64,000 nucleotides of DNA from Limnothrix sp. BL-A-16 (GTDB lineage Bacteria; Cyanobacteriota; Cyanobacteriia; CACIAM-69d). Positions 55,357 to 64,000 of this stretch are shown here, piece by piece. The translations under genes and the position numbers were made by a program. Within the stretch, counting starts at the first letter, position 1; every line of letters begins with the position of its first letter. Location: positions 3,744,001 through 3,808,000 of the forward strand of contig CP166615.1 in the NCBI GenBank assembly GCA_041937175.2. The letters are read 5' to 3'. Below the pieces are notes generated by a model. The model was given only the letters and a program-made list of their open reading frames with translations. It ran no database searches and had not been told where the DNA came from.

Positions 55357-55857
55357 ATGACGCGATCGCCCCGTTCGGTTTGCCCCGTTCCCGAAGAACA
55401 ACAACCCCTCAACGAGTTTTCCGAGTTGAAGGAGGCTTGGCTATTGTCTTGGCCCACCTTGCCGAGCCGAGGGTTGGTGATCAAGCTGCTGTGGATTTGG
55501 GCCTGGAGCTGGTTGGTGGTGGGGCCCGTGGCCGCCGCCAGCTTCCCCCTCAAAAAAGACCTGGCCCACTTTCTGTTGGGGGCCGGCGGCGGGGCTGTGT
55601 TGCCCGTGTTGTTGGTGTTGGCGCGGATTTATTCGGCCTGGAGCTATGTGGGCCGTCGCCTGTTCAGCGAAAAAATTATCTATGAAGAATCCGGCTGGTA
55701 TGACGGCCAGGTCTGGGAAAAGGCTCCGGAAATGTTGGCTCAGGATCGGCTAGTGGTTTCCTATGAGGTGAAGCCCACGCTCGATCGGCTCCGGCGGTTG
55801 GTGCTGATTTTGGCAGGAACCCTGCTGGCGGGGGCGGCCGTTTGGGGCCTGGTCTAG
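55357..55857 (+). CDS. CGLD27 (DUF1230 / Ycf36) family protein
   Basis: CPVPEEQQPLNE, YEESGWYDGQVWEK. Confidence 0.9.
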   Translation: MTRSPRSVCPVPEEQQPLNEFSELKEAWLLSWPTLPSRGLVIKLLWIWAWSWLVVGPVAAASFPLKKDLAHFLLGAGGGAVLPVLLVLARIYSAWSYVGRRLFSEKIIYEESGWYDGQVWEKAPEMLAQDRLVVSYEVKPTLDRLRRLVLILAGTLLAGAAVWGLV

Positions 55858-56063
55858 GGCCGGTTCGGTTAACCTGGATGGGGAACAGTGGGCGCGATCG
55901 AACTCCCTGTTGTTACACGGCCCAGACCCGTTCAAGACCCGTTCAAGACCGACGGAACAATGAAAAAATAGGCTAATTGCCGAAGCTGATCTTAAATTGC
56001 GGTGAACAATCGCAGTTTTTGACGGAATTAATGTCTAACTAAACAAGTTTCAAACCAGTTTTT

Positions 56064-57017
56064 ATGACTCGGGGCAAATTAACACGCGCGGCCGATATTG
56101 AAATTCGCTTGCTGCGAGAAGGGTTGGTGGAATCCACCCACATGGTGCAAGCAGTGGCCTGCGATGATCGGGGGCGCTTGTTGATGTTGGCGGGCGATTC
56201 CGGCATCTCCAGCTTTGCGCGATCGGCTCTGAAACCCTTCCAGGCCCTGGCTGTCGTCGCTTCTGGAACCTTGGATCACTTCGGCCTCAGCAATCGCGAC
56301 CTGGCGATTATGTGCAGTTCCCATCAGGGAGACATTGCCCAAGCCCGCCAAGTGTTCAACATCCTTTGGCATTGCGGCATTGAACCCAGTGCCCTCCAAT
56401 GCCCCATTCCCCAGGGCAAATCCAGCGCCCTTCAGCACAACTGCTCTGGCAAACATGCGGGGATGTTGGCCATGTGTCGCCACGGCAATTGGTCGATCGG
56501 GGACTATCTGCAATATTCCCACCCCGCCCAGCAAGCCGTTTCTAGCGTCATTGGCGAACTGCTCGGGATTCCTGCTCAAGAATTCGTTGTGGCCCGCGAC
56601 GATTGCGGCGCACCCACCTATCTGATGCCCCTTCAGGAGTTGGCCACCCTGTTTGCCAAGCTCACATCCGGTGACAATCTGCAATTGGAGCGCATCGTGC
56701 GGGCCATGACCGGCTATCCGGAACTGATTTCCGGCCATGGTGGTTTTGATACGGATTTGATGCGGCTGACGGGGGGCGAAATTGTCAGCAAAGCAGGAGC
56801 TGAAGGAATGCAATGTATGGGCCGCGTGGGCGAGCGGCTGGGTGTTGCCATCAAGGTGACGGACGGAGCTAAACGGGCTAAATATGCCGCTGCGATCCAC
56901 ATCCTGAAGCAGTTGGGCTGGATTGGGCCCGATGTGTCGGAAGCGCTGGAAGAAAAATATGTGCAGCTCAATGCCTTTAAGCGTTTGGAAGCGATCGGGG
57001 AGTTAAAAATCGCCTAG
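56064..57017 (+). CDS. L-asparaginase II family protein
   Basis: RSALKPFQA, CSSHQG, HNCSGKHAGML, DDCGAP, SKAGAEG. Confidence 0.92.
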   Translation: MTRGKLTRAADIEIRLLREGLVESTHMVQAVACDDRGRLLMLAGDSGISSFARSALKPFQALAVVASGTLDHFGLSNRDLAIMCSSHQGDIAQARQVFNILWHCGIEPSALQCPIPQGKSSALQHNCSGKHAGMLAMCRHGNWSIGDYLQYSHPAQQAVSSVIGELLGIPAQEFVVARDDCGAPTYLMPLQELATLFAKLTSGDNLQLERIVRAMTGYPELISGHGGFDTDLMRLTGGEIVSKAGAEGMQCMGRVGERLGVAIKVTDGAKRAKYAAAIHILKQLGWIGPDVSEALEEKYVQLNAFKRLEAIGELKIA

Positions 57018-57040
57018 CCCTTGAGTGGATGTTGATTCGC

Positions 57041-57538
57041 TCAACCACTCAATTTCTCCTCTGAATCGACATCTTGATCGGCATATTCGATCGGCAGGGT
57101 GATCGCCAACTCCCAGGAAAAGGGCGGCTCGATCGGGAACGTCTTCAAAGGTAATTTTGTTTCCACAAAAGCTTGCTCGCGGGCTTGGGGATAGGCCTGC
57201 TCGATCGCGCAGGGCAGCCAGGGTTTCAAGCTGGGATTTTCAGTGAGTAACCGTTGAATTTCCCGACGTGCGGAACGAATGCTAAATACCCAAGAATTCG
57301 ATCGCTTACGGGGTTGAAATTGCCACTTCAAAAGATGTAGATAAAGCCGCTCCAATTGGCTCACCAAAGCTCGCTTTTCCGATCGCCCCAAGCTTTCAAC
57401 CTCTTCTAACAAATTCTCCAGATCCAATTGATCAAACTGCCCCGATCGCAACAGTTCGGCCTGTTGTTGCACCCAGCCGTAATAGTCGCTGTCGTAGGTG
57501 ATCGGGGCGATCAGCTCGATAGTCGTCTGTATTTCCAT
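57041..57538 (-). CDS. DUF29 family protein
   Basis: YDSDYYGW, LDLENLLEEVESLGRSEK, HLLKWQFQP, NPSLK. Confidence 0.92.
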   Translation of the reverse strand: MEIQTTIELIAPITYDSDYYGWVQQQAELLRSGQFDQLDLENLLEEVESLGRSEKRALVSQLERLYLHLLKWQFQPRKRSNSWVFSIRSARREIQRLLTENPSLKPWLPCAIEQAYPQAREQAFVETKLPLKTFPIEPPFSWELAITLPIEYADQDVDSEEKLSG

Positions 57539-57549
57539 GCGGTGGCATC

Positions 57550-58008
57550 CTAATCCTGAACAACAGATTCGATCGGCAGGGTGATCGCCAATTCCCAGGA
57601 AAAGGGCGGCTCGATCGGGAATGTATCGATCGGTAAGCCCGTTTCCCGGGCGGCTTTTTTGCGGGCCTGCTCGTAACTCTTGGGAATCCAGCTTTCTAAA
57701 TCACGCCGAAAACTAGGATTATCTTCCAGTAATTCCAAGATTTCATCCCGCGCATCTTCAATTGAGAAAACCCAGGAGTTCGATCGCTTCTGGGGTTGGT
57801 ATTGCCATTTCAGCAAATGCCAATAGAGCCGGACAATTTGACTGGTTAAGGCTCGCTTTTCCAATCGCCCCAAGCTTTCAACCTCTTCTAACAAATTCTC
57901 CAGATCCAATTGATCAAACTGCCCCGATCGCAACAGTTCGGCCTGTTGTTGCACCCAGCCGTAATAGTCACTGTCGTAGGTGACGGGGGCGATCGTTTTG
58001 GAAGTCAT
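57550..58008 (-). CDS. DUF29 family protein (tandem paralogue)
   Basis: Same motifs as the neighbour. Start MTSKTI at 58008. Confidence 0.92.
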   Translation of the reverse strand: MTSKTIAPVTYDSDYYGWVQQQAELLRSGQFDQLDLENLLEEVESLGRLEKRALTSQIVRLYWHLLKWQYQPQKRSNSWVFSIEDARDEILELLEDNPSFRRDLESWIPKSYEQARKKAARETGLPIDTFPIEPPFSWELAITLPIESVVQD

Positions 58009-58093
58009 TGGCTCAAACTCCTCAGCGCCTTGGCGATCGAGAAATCGCAATTCTGCCCAGGGTCGCTGTTGTTATTGTGCAAGATCCAGCACA

Positions 58094-58251
58094 GTGGCGG
58101 CACAGTCCGTGAAAGGTCATCAAACCCGCAAAACCCTTGCCCAAGAACCCTTCTACCCTGCTAGACAAGGGGCTTAAGCCCCTTGCTCCCTGACGATTGG
58201 GTAACAGCCAAGCTCCCGACGGAACCCGCAATTTCCGGACTGTCACGCCAC
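58094..58251. mobile_element. MITE family C-related element (158 bp)
   Basis: Ends (CA)GTGGCGGCACAGTCCG / CGGACTGTCACGCCAC(TA). Perfect CAAGGGGCTTAAGCCCCTTG at 58166-58185. Confidence 0.75.
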
Positions 58252-58350
58252 TACCGTTCCAACCGCTCGAACTGGCCCGGCTGTCCCGTTGCGCTGATAT
58301 CCTGAAAAGCATCAAGACTGAATCATAAGAATTTCCCTTTTTCGCCCGCC

Positions 58351-60396
58351 ATGTCCGTTACTGCGCCGCCCCAAGCCCGAGACCCGATCGCCTTTCCGCT
58401 GACGGCGGTGATCGGCCAAGAGTCGATCAAGATGGCTTTGCTGTTGGCGGCGATCGATCCGGGCCTGGGGGGCGTGGCGATCGCCGGTCGGCGCGGCACG
58501 GCCAAATCGGTGATGGCCCGGGCGATCCATGCCCTGCTGCCCCCGATCGAAGTGGTAGACGGCTCCCTCAGCAACTGCGACCCAGACGCGCCCGATCGCT
58601 GGGAAGACGGCTTGCAATTTCACGGCGAAGTGCCCCGGAAAGTCATCCCCGCGCCCTTTGTGCAAATCCCTCTGGGTGTGACCGAAGATCGGCTCCTGGG
58701 TTCCGTGGATGTGGGCCAGTCCGTGAAGCGCGGCGAAACGGTGTTTCAGCCCGGTTTGCTGGCGGAAGCGAACCGGGGCGTGATGTATGTCGATGAAATC
58801 AATTTGCTCGATGACCAAATCGCCAACCTGCTGCTGGGATCCCTGAGCGAAGGGCGCAACCAAATTGAGCGGGAAGGAATCAGCTTTGCCCACCCCTGCC
58901 AAGCCCTGTTGATTGCCACCTACAACCCGGAAGAGGGGCCGCTGCGGGAACACCTGCTCGATCGAATCGCGATCGCCCTGTCCGCCGATGGAGCCTTGGG
59001 CTTGGATCAGCGGGTGGAAGTGGTCGATCGGGCTGTGGGCTATGCCCGATCGCCCCAGGACTTCCTTGGGCAATACGCCGAAGAACTGGACGGCCTGAAA
59101 ACCCAAATCCTGTTGGCGCGTGAATGGCTGAAGGACGTGACCATCAGCCGCGAGCAGTTGGAATATTTGGTGCAAGAGGCGGTACGCGGCCGGGTGCAGG
59201 GCCACCGGGCGGAACTGTTTGCGGTGCGCGTGGCCAAGGCCCATGCGGCCCTCGATGGGCGGACGGCGGTGAATGCCGATGATTTGCGGGTGGCGGTGGA
59301 ATTGGTGATTGTGCCCCGGGCCACGGTGATTGAAACGCCGCCGGATGAGCAACAGCCGCCGCCGCCCCCGCCGCCGCAACAACAACCGGAAGCGGAACAG
59401 GAACAGGACGACGAAACCGACAACGAAAACGAAGACCAAGACGAAAACGAAGACGAGGATCAACCGGACGAGCCGCCCGCAATCCCCGAGGAATTCGTGT
59501 TCGACCCGGAAGGGGTGGTGATGGATCCGTCGGTGCTGCTGTTTGCCCAAACCACGGCCCAGCGATCGGGCGGTAGCTCCGGCAGTCGATCGATCATCTT
59601 CTCGGACGATCGGGGGCGCTACATCAAACCCGTGTTGCCCCGGGGCCCCGTGCGCCGGATTGCCGTCGATGCCACCCTCCGATCGGCCGCGCCCTACCAA
59701 AAAGCCCGCCGCGCCCGGGCCGCCGCTGCGGGCGAAACGGGTCGCCGCGTGTTCGTGGAAGAAAGCGACGTGCGGGCCAAGCGCCTGGCCCGCAAGGCTG
59801 GAGCCTTGGTCGTATTTGTGGTGGATGCGTCGGGATCGATGGCCCTGAACCGGATGCAGTCGGCTAAGGGTGCGGTGTTGCGGTTGCTGACGGAGGCTTA
59901 CCAAAACCGCGATCAGGTGTCGCTGATTCCCTTCCGAGGTGAGCAAGCGGAGGTGCTGTTGCCGCCCACGCGATCGATTTCGGCGGCCAAGCGACGGCTG
60001 GAAACCATGCCTTGCGGCGGCGGTTCACCTTTGGCCCACGGCTTGACCCAGGCGGTGCGCGTGGGAACCAATGCCCGCCAGTCGGGGGATGTGGGGCAAG
60101 TGGTGATTGTGGCAATTACGGACGGTCGGGGAAATGTGCCCCTCGCCCGATCGCTCGGCCAGCCCATGGAGCCGGACGAAAAACCCGATGTGAAGCAAGA
60201 GCTACTAGACATTGCGGGCAAAATCCGTGCCCTGAACATCAAGCTGCTGGTGATCGACACCCAAAGCAAATTCGTTTCGACGGGTTTCGCCAAGGAAATG
60301 GCAGAAATGGCGGGCGGCAAGTATTACCACCTGCCGAAAGCGACCGATCGGGCGATCGCCGAAATGGCCCGAGGGGCGATCGCCGATCTGAAATAG
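58351..60396 (+). CDS. chlD: Magnesium chelatase subunit D
   Basis: [16 protein letters not shown], Pro/acidic linker, vWA DASGSM..TDGRGN. Confidence 0.96.
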   Translation: MSVTAPPQARDPIAFPLTAVIGQESIKMALLLAAIDPGLGGVAIAGRRGTAKSVMARAIHALLPPIEVVDGSLSNCDPDAPDRWEDGLQFHGEVPRKVIPAPFVQIPLGVTEDRLLGSVDVGQSVKRGETVFQPGLLAEANRGVMYVDEINLLDDQIANLLLGSLSEGRNQIEREGISFAHPCQALLIATYNPEEGPLREHLLDRIAIALSADGALGLDQRVEVVDRAVGYARSPQDFLGQYAEELDGLKTQILLAREWLKDVTISREQLEYLVQEAVRGRVQGHRAELFAVRVAKAHAALDGRTAVNADDLRVAVELVIVPRATVIETPPDEQQPPPPPPPQQQPEAEQEQDDETDNENEDQDENEDEDQPDEPPAIPEEFVFDPEGVVMDPSVLLFAQTTAQRSGGSSGSRSIIFSDDRGRYIKPVLPRGPVRRIAVDATLRSAAPYQKARRARAAAAGETGRRVFVEESDVRAKRLARKAGALVVFVVDASGSMALNRMQSAKGAVLRLLTEAYQNRDQVSLIPFRGEQAEVLLPPTRSISAAKRRLETMPCGGGSPLAHGLTQAVRVGTNARQSGDVGQVVIVAITDGRGNVPLARSLGQPMEPDEKPDVKQELLDIAGKIRALNIKLLVIDTQSKFVSTGFAKEMAEMAGGKYYHLPKATDRAIAEMARGAIADLK

Positions 60397-60410
60397 GGGC
60401 GATCGCCCGG

Positions 60411-60977
60411 TTACGACTCTCGACGCTTCAGCCAGCTAAACAACTCGTCTACGGTTAACGCCAAGGTCAGTTCCGGCAACACCGGCAGGCGATCGCTTCC
60501 CGATAACTCCAGCGGCAACGCATCGGGCAAAAACACCACCACCACCCGATCGCGCGGCATCACCAACCAGCCCAACTGGCCCCCGTGGCGCAAGCAGTGC
60601 AGCAGGTTTCGCACCACGCGGGTTTCTCCCTGGGCTGGCGACAGGATCTCGATCGCCCAGTTGGGAGCCACCGTCATCCCAAAGTCCGAAATTTCCCCCG
60701 CCTCATCGATCGGCACATCGGTTTCGCGGACAACGATTAAGTCCGGCACGATCGAGCGGCCGCCAAAGGTGCAGCGCATCTCCGTTAGCGCTTCCCAGGG
60801 GGAATCAATGGCATTAATGGCCCCACCCAATCGAATTTGTAGACGGCTGTGTTTTCCACCAGGCATCGGTTTTTGGATCGGCCCTTGATCGTGAAACTCC
60901 CAGGCCGGTGAGTCATCAATATCCGGCTGTTGCAAAAACTCGGCCAGCGATAAACCTGAAGCGATCGTGGCAACCAT
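60411..60977 (-). CDS. Uma2-family endonuclease
   Basis: SPAWE..QKPMP..HSRLQ, EMRCTFGGRSIVPD, APNWAIEILSP. Confidence 0.9.
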   Translation of the reverse strand: MVATIASGLSLAEFLQQPDIDDSPAWEFHDQGPIQKPMPGGKHSRLQIRLGGAINAIDSPWEALTEMRCTFGGRSIVPDLIVVRETDVPIDEAGEISDFGMTVAPNWAIEILSPAQGETRVVRNLLHCLRHGGQLGWLVMPRDRVVVVFLPDALPLELSGSDRLPVLPELTLALTVDELFSWLKRRES

Positions 60978-61203
60978 GATCAAATTGCTACTGTTCGATG
61001 GGTCGGGTCGATCCCTCAATCATGACGGAGAATCGATCGACTCAGCGTTGTGCTAGGCGATGATGATAAACCCGAATCGTCTGGTTTTATGGTAGATGGG
61101 GCACAGCAAAGCAGCCATTGCAGCATCAATCCCATTCCAGAATTTGCAATAGAATCCAATCAACAGAAATGATCTCGCGGCGCTGTTCGCGGGCTGCGTG
61201 CCT

Positions 61204-61782
61204 ATGACGGTTTCGATCGCCCCGATCGCCACCCTGGCGGAATTTCTCGATCGCCCCGATCTCGACGATTCGCCCGCTTGGGAATATCTCGATGGCCGGG
61301 CAGTCCAAAAGCCCATGCCCAAGTTTCGCCATTCCCTGCTGCAAAAACGACTGATTCGGGCGATCGACGCGGTGGGCGATCGCTACACGGCTATGCCGGA
61401 ATTGCGCTGTACCTTTGGCGATCGCTCGATCGTCCCCGATGTGGCGGTGGTTGCTTGGGAACGGGTGGTGCTGACGGATGACGGTGAGCCGATCGATCAG
61501 TTTTTAGCCGCTCCAGATTGGATGATTGAAATTCTGTCCCCAGAGCAATCAACGACCAGAGTGCTAGATAAGCTATTGCACAGTTTGCAATTTGGTAGTC
61601 AGTTGGCTTGGTTAGTTGATCCCCAGGATCGATCTGTTTTGACCTTGTTGCCCGATCGCTCACCCTTAATCGGTCGGCGGGCAGATCCCTTGCTTTGCTT
61701 ACCGGACTTGCCCCTGACCCTGACGGCAGAGCAGATTTTTGGTTGGCTGAAGGTGGGTTCACAACCGGAGGAAACTGCGTGA
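61204..61782 (+). CDS. Uma2-family endonuclease (divergent paralogue)
   Basis: SPAWEY..QKPMP..HSLLQ, PELRCTFGDRSIVPD, APDWMIEILSP. Confidence 0.9.
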   Translation: MTVSIAPIATLAEFLDRPDLDDSPAWEYLDGRAVQKPMPKFRHSLLQKRLIRAIDAVGDRYTAMPELRCTFGDRSIVPDVAVVAWERVVLTDDGEPIDQFLAAPDWMIEILSPEQSTTRVLDKLLHSLQFGSQLAWLVDPQDRSVLTLLPDRSPLIGRRADPLLCLPDLPLTLTAEQIFGWLKVGSQPEETA

Positions 61783-62660
61783 CCGTTGCGCCCCATCCAA
61801 CGCCCGAGACCGATCGCACCTGGCATGGGTCGATCGATTTGCAGTTTGCGCGATCAGGCGATCGCACCCAGGTGCAGGCCCAAACCCGATCGCCCCTGCA
61901 ATTTCAGCGGCCTTTCTATCCCGAGGGGCCGGCGGTTTGCCATGCGGCCATGTTGCATGTGGCGGGGGGCATGGTCGGGGGCGATCGCCTGTCGATTTCG
62001 TTGGATTTGGCCCCGGAAACGGCGGCCCTGGTGACGACGGTTTCGGCGGCCAAGATCTATGGCAGTCGGGGGCGATCGCTGATCGATCCGGCCGGGCGGT
62101 TTGCCCAACAGTCGGTGCGGGTGCGGGTGGGCGAAGGGGCGCACCTGGAATGGTTGCCCCAGGAGACGATTATTTTTGATGGCGCACTCTATGAGCAGCG
62201 ATCGCGCATTGACTTGGCGGCGGGGGCCAGTTGGTTGGGCAGCGAAATTGTCCGACTGGGGCGCACGGCCGGCGGTGAGCGCTACGGCTGCGGCGAGTGG
62301 CGATCGCGCCTGGAAGTGTGGCAGGGCGATCGGCTAGTGTGGCTCGATCCGCAGCGGATTGATGCGACCGACCCGACCACCCGCGACGGTTCCCACGGGC
62401 TGGCGGGCTGCCCGATCGTTGGGACGCTGGCTTGGATTGGTGAGGAATTGCCCAAGGAGCTAATCACGGAAGCGCGATCGCACCTGCCCCAAGGCGATCG
62501 GGTCGATTGCGGCATCACACGGCTACAAGCCGGGCTGCTTTGTCGCTATCGGGGCCATTCGGTCAGCGAGGCCCGGCGCTGGTTCTGGCAGGTGTGGGAT
62601 TTGGTACGCCGTCACCAGCGTGATCGTCCCGCGATCGTCTCCCGGTTTTGGCCCCTCTGA
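61779..62660 (+). CDS. ureD: Urease accessory protein UreD
   Basis: PLQFQRPFYPEG, LHVAGGMVGGD, TTVSAAKIY, LEWLPQETIIF. GTG start overlaps the Uma2 stop (GTGA). Confidence 0.93.
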   Translation: MTVAPHPTPETDRTWHGSIDLQFARSGDRTQVQAQTRSPLQFQRPFYPEGPAVCHAAMLHVAGGMVGGDRLSISLDLAPETAALVTTVSAAKIYGSRGRSLIDPAGRFAQQSVRVRVGEGAHLEWLPQETIIFDGALYEQRSRIDLAAGASWLGSEIVRLGRTAGGERYGCGEWRSRLEVWQGDRLVWLDPQRIDATDPTTRDGSHGLAGCPIVGTLAWIGEELPKELITEARSHLPQGDRVDCGITRLQAGLLCRYRGHSVSEARRWFWQVWDLVRRHQRDRPAIVSRFWPL

Positions 62661-62771
62661 GCGTTCCCAACCCCGAAACCCAAAATCTTCGCAATCAATC
62701 GGTGGCCTGCTAGACAAATCGCGGTACAACCAACAACAGAGTATTGGCAAGATGACCTGCGCGATCGCCCT

Positions 62772-63074
62772 ATGCAACTCACGCCCCAAGAAAAGGACAA
62801 GCTGCTGATTTTCACCGCCGCTCTGTTGGCTGAGCGCCGCAAAAATCGCGGACTGAAGCTCAACTATCCGGAGGCCGTGGCCTATCTGACGGCGGCCATT
62901 TTGGAAGGGGCGCGAGACGGAAAAACGGTGGCGGAACTGATGGCGGAGGGGACAACGCTGCTCACTCGGGATGAGGTGATGGAGGGGGTGGCCGAGATGA
63001 TCCACGATGTGCAGGTGGAAGCGACATTTCCCGACGGCACGAAATTGGTGACCGTGCATGACCCCATTCGTTAG
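62772..63074 (+). CDS. ureA: Urease gamma subunit
   Basis: [34 protein letters not shown]. Confidence 0.98.
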   Translation: MQLTPQEKDKLLIFTAALLAERRKNRGLKLNYPEAVAYLTAAILEGARDGKTVAELMAEGTTLLTRDEVMEGVAEMIHDVQVEATFPDGTKLVTVHDPIR

Positions 63075-63084
63075 TAGGGGCGTA

Positions 63085-63226
63085 GGGGGTGTCGTCATTT
63101 TTCGAGGTGATGCTAGAACGGTTGATCTTCTGTGTCCTAACCGTCGTAACAAGATGCTCAAGCCCCTTGTCCCTCACGATCCGCTAACGGCAGATCTAGG
63201 GTTTCGGGTTAAACGACGACAGGCCC
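63085..63226. mobile_element. MITE family B, copy 2 (142 bp), inserted in a GTAG REP palindrome
   Basis: TIR GGGGGTGTCGTCATTT / AAACGACGACAGGCCC, TA on both sides. Inverted paralogue of 31018-31159. Confidence 0.9.
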
Positions 63227-63274
63227 TACGGCCGCACGCCCCTAATGTACAAACTTGCGATCAGGAACAATGCC

Positions 63275-63649
63275 ATGATTCCCGGTGAATTGATTGTTGA
63301 ACCCGGCGAAATTGAATTGAATGTGGGTCGATCGCCCGTGACGATCACGGTGGAAAACCGGGGCGATCGGCCGATTCAAGTTGGCTCCCATTTTCATTTT
63401 TTTGAAGTGAATGAAGCCCTCGTGTTCGATCGCGCGGCGGCTCGGGGAACCCATTTGGATATTCCCTCGGGAACGGCAGTTCGGTTTGAACCGGGCGATG
63501 AGAAAACGGTGACGCTGATTCCTTTTGCCGGAACCCGGGAAATTTACGGGTTTAATGCACTGGTAGAAGGGCCACTGGAGGGCAATCAGCCCAGCAAGAA
63601 GTCAAAGGAAAAAGCCGAGAAGAAAGCCGAGAAAAAATCCCGAAAATAA
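63275..63649 (+). CDS. ureB: Urease beta subunit
   Basis: [33 protein letters not shown]. Confidence 0.97.
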   Translation: MIPGELIVEPGEIELNVGRSPVTITVENRGDRPIQVGSHFHFFEVNEALVFDRAAARGTHLDIPSGTAVRFEPGDEKTVTLIPFAGTREIYGFNALVEGPLEGNQPSKKSKEKAEKKAEKKSRK

Positions 63650-63838
63650 CGTCAGACCGAGACAGATTACAGGACTGAATGTAGTAACGGATCGAGGTTT
63701 GGTGGGTCTCAAATGCTCCTAATTCTTCGCTGGAGCCTGTAGCGTAGACTTCTAGCCTGTCATTAACTAAACCCGATCAAACGGTCAAAATGACCGCGCT
63801 GCTGATCACCTAGCTGACAATATTTGTAGGAGGTTGGT

Positions 63839-64000
63839 ATGTCAACGGAACCCAGTTTGCAAGGCATTGCTGAAAAGCTTGATGCACTCTCTGATGAGTT
63901 AACAAAAGCAAATGTTCGGTTGGAAGAAACGAACATGCGACTCGATCGCAGTGATGAGCGGTTTGAAGTTTATCAAAAAGCAACGCAATGGGTTGTGCAA
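63839..64000 (+). CDS. Small coiled-coil hypothetical protein (partial, runs off the window)
   Basis: AGGAGG then ATG. MSTEPSLQGIAEKLDALSDEL...ERFEVYQKATQWVVQ is open to the window end. Confidence 0.6.
   Translation, partial: MSTEPSLQGIAEKLDALSDELTKANVRLEETNMRLDRSDERFEVYQKATQWVVQ

Noticed and set aside
63681..63805. Degenerate family C-like MITE after ureB
   Set aside because: Only patchy inverted similarity, with no core palindrome and no clear target duplication.

Overview
Chromosomal window of a cyanobacterium: the HIP1 octamer GCGATCGC is very dense, and psb35, chlD and a CGLD27-family gene are present. Housekeeping genes (lpdA, cysC, PBP1A, uvrC, hslO, tRNA-Ala(UGC), a frameshifted clpC paralogue, yajQ, rsfS, chlD, ureDAB) alternate with AT-rich accessory inserts. 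These include a GmrSD-like nuclease, a BanI/HgiCI-like type II R-M pair, a degenerate N6-MTase/TRD fusion, an Rpn nuclease with three stray gene fragments, Uma2 and DUF29 paralogues, and an IS1 remnant. A Fur/AraC-type TonB-dependent iron-uptake locus and an RTX surface protein are also present. The window opens inside an ammonium transporter-histidine kinase fusion that the ORF track missed. The most striking unexplained structure is a set of 130-160 bp miniature inverted-repeat elements. They have at least three unrelated kinds of ends and target duplications (TNA-flanked GAGGATG ends; TA-flanked GGG ends; TA-flanked GTRGCG ends), yet all carry the same central 20-bp palindrome CAAGGGGCTTAAGCCCCTTG, with one identical 3-mismatch variant shared across families. 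One copy is nested in a GTAG-type REP palindrome between ureA and ureB. No CRISPR array or rRNA was seen. All family assignments are by eye and from memory; no searches were run.
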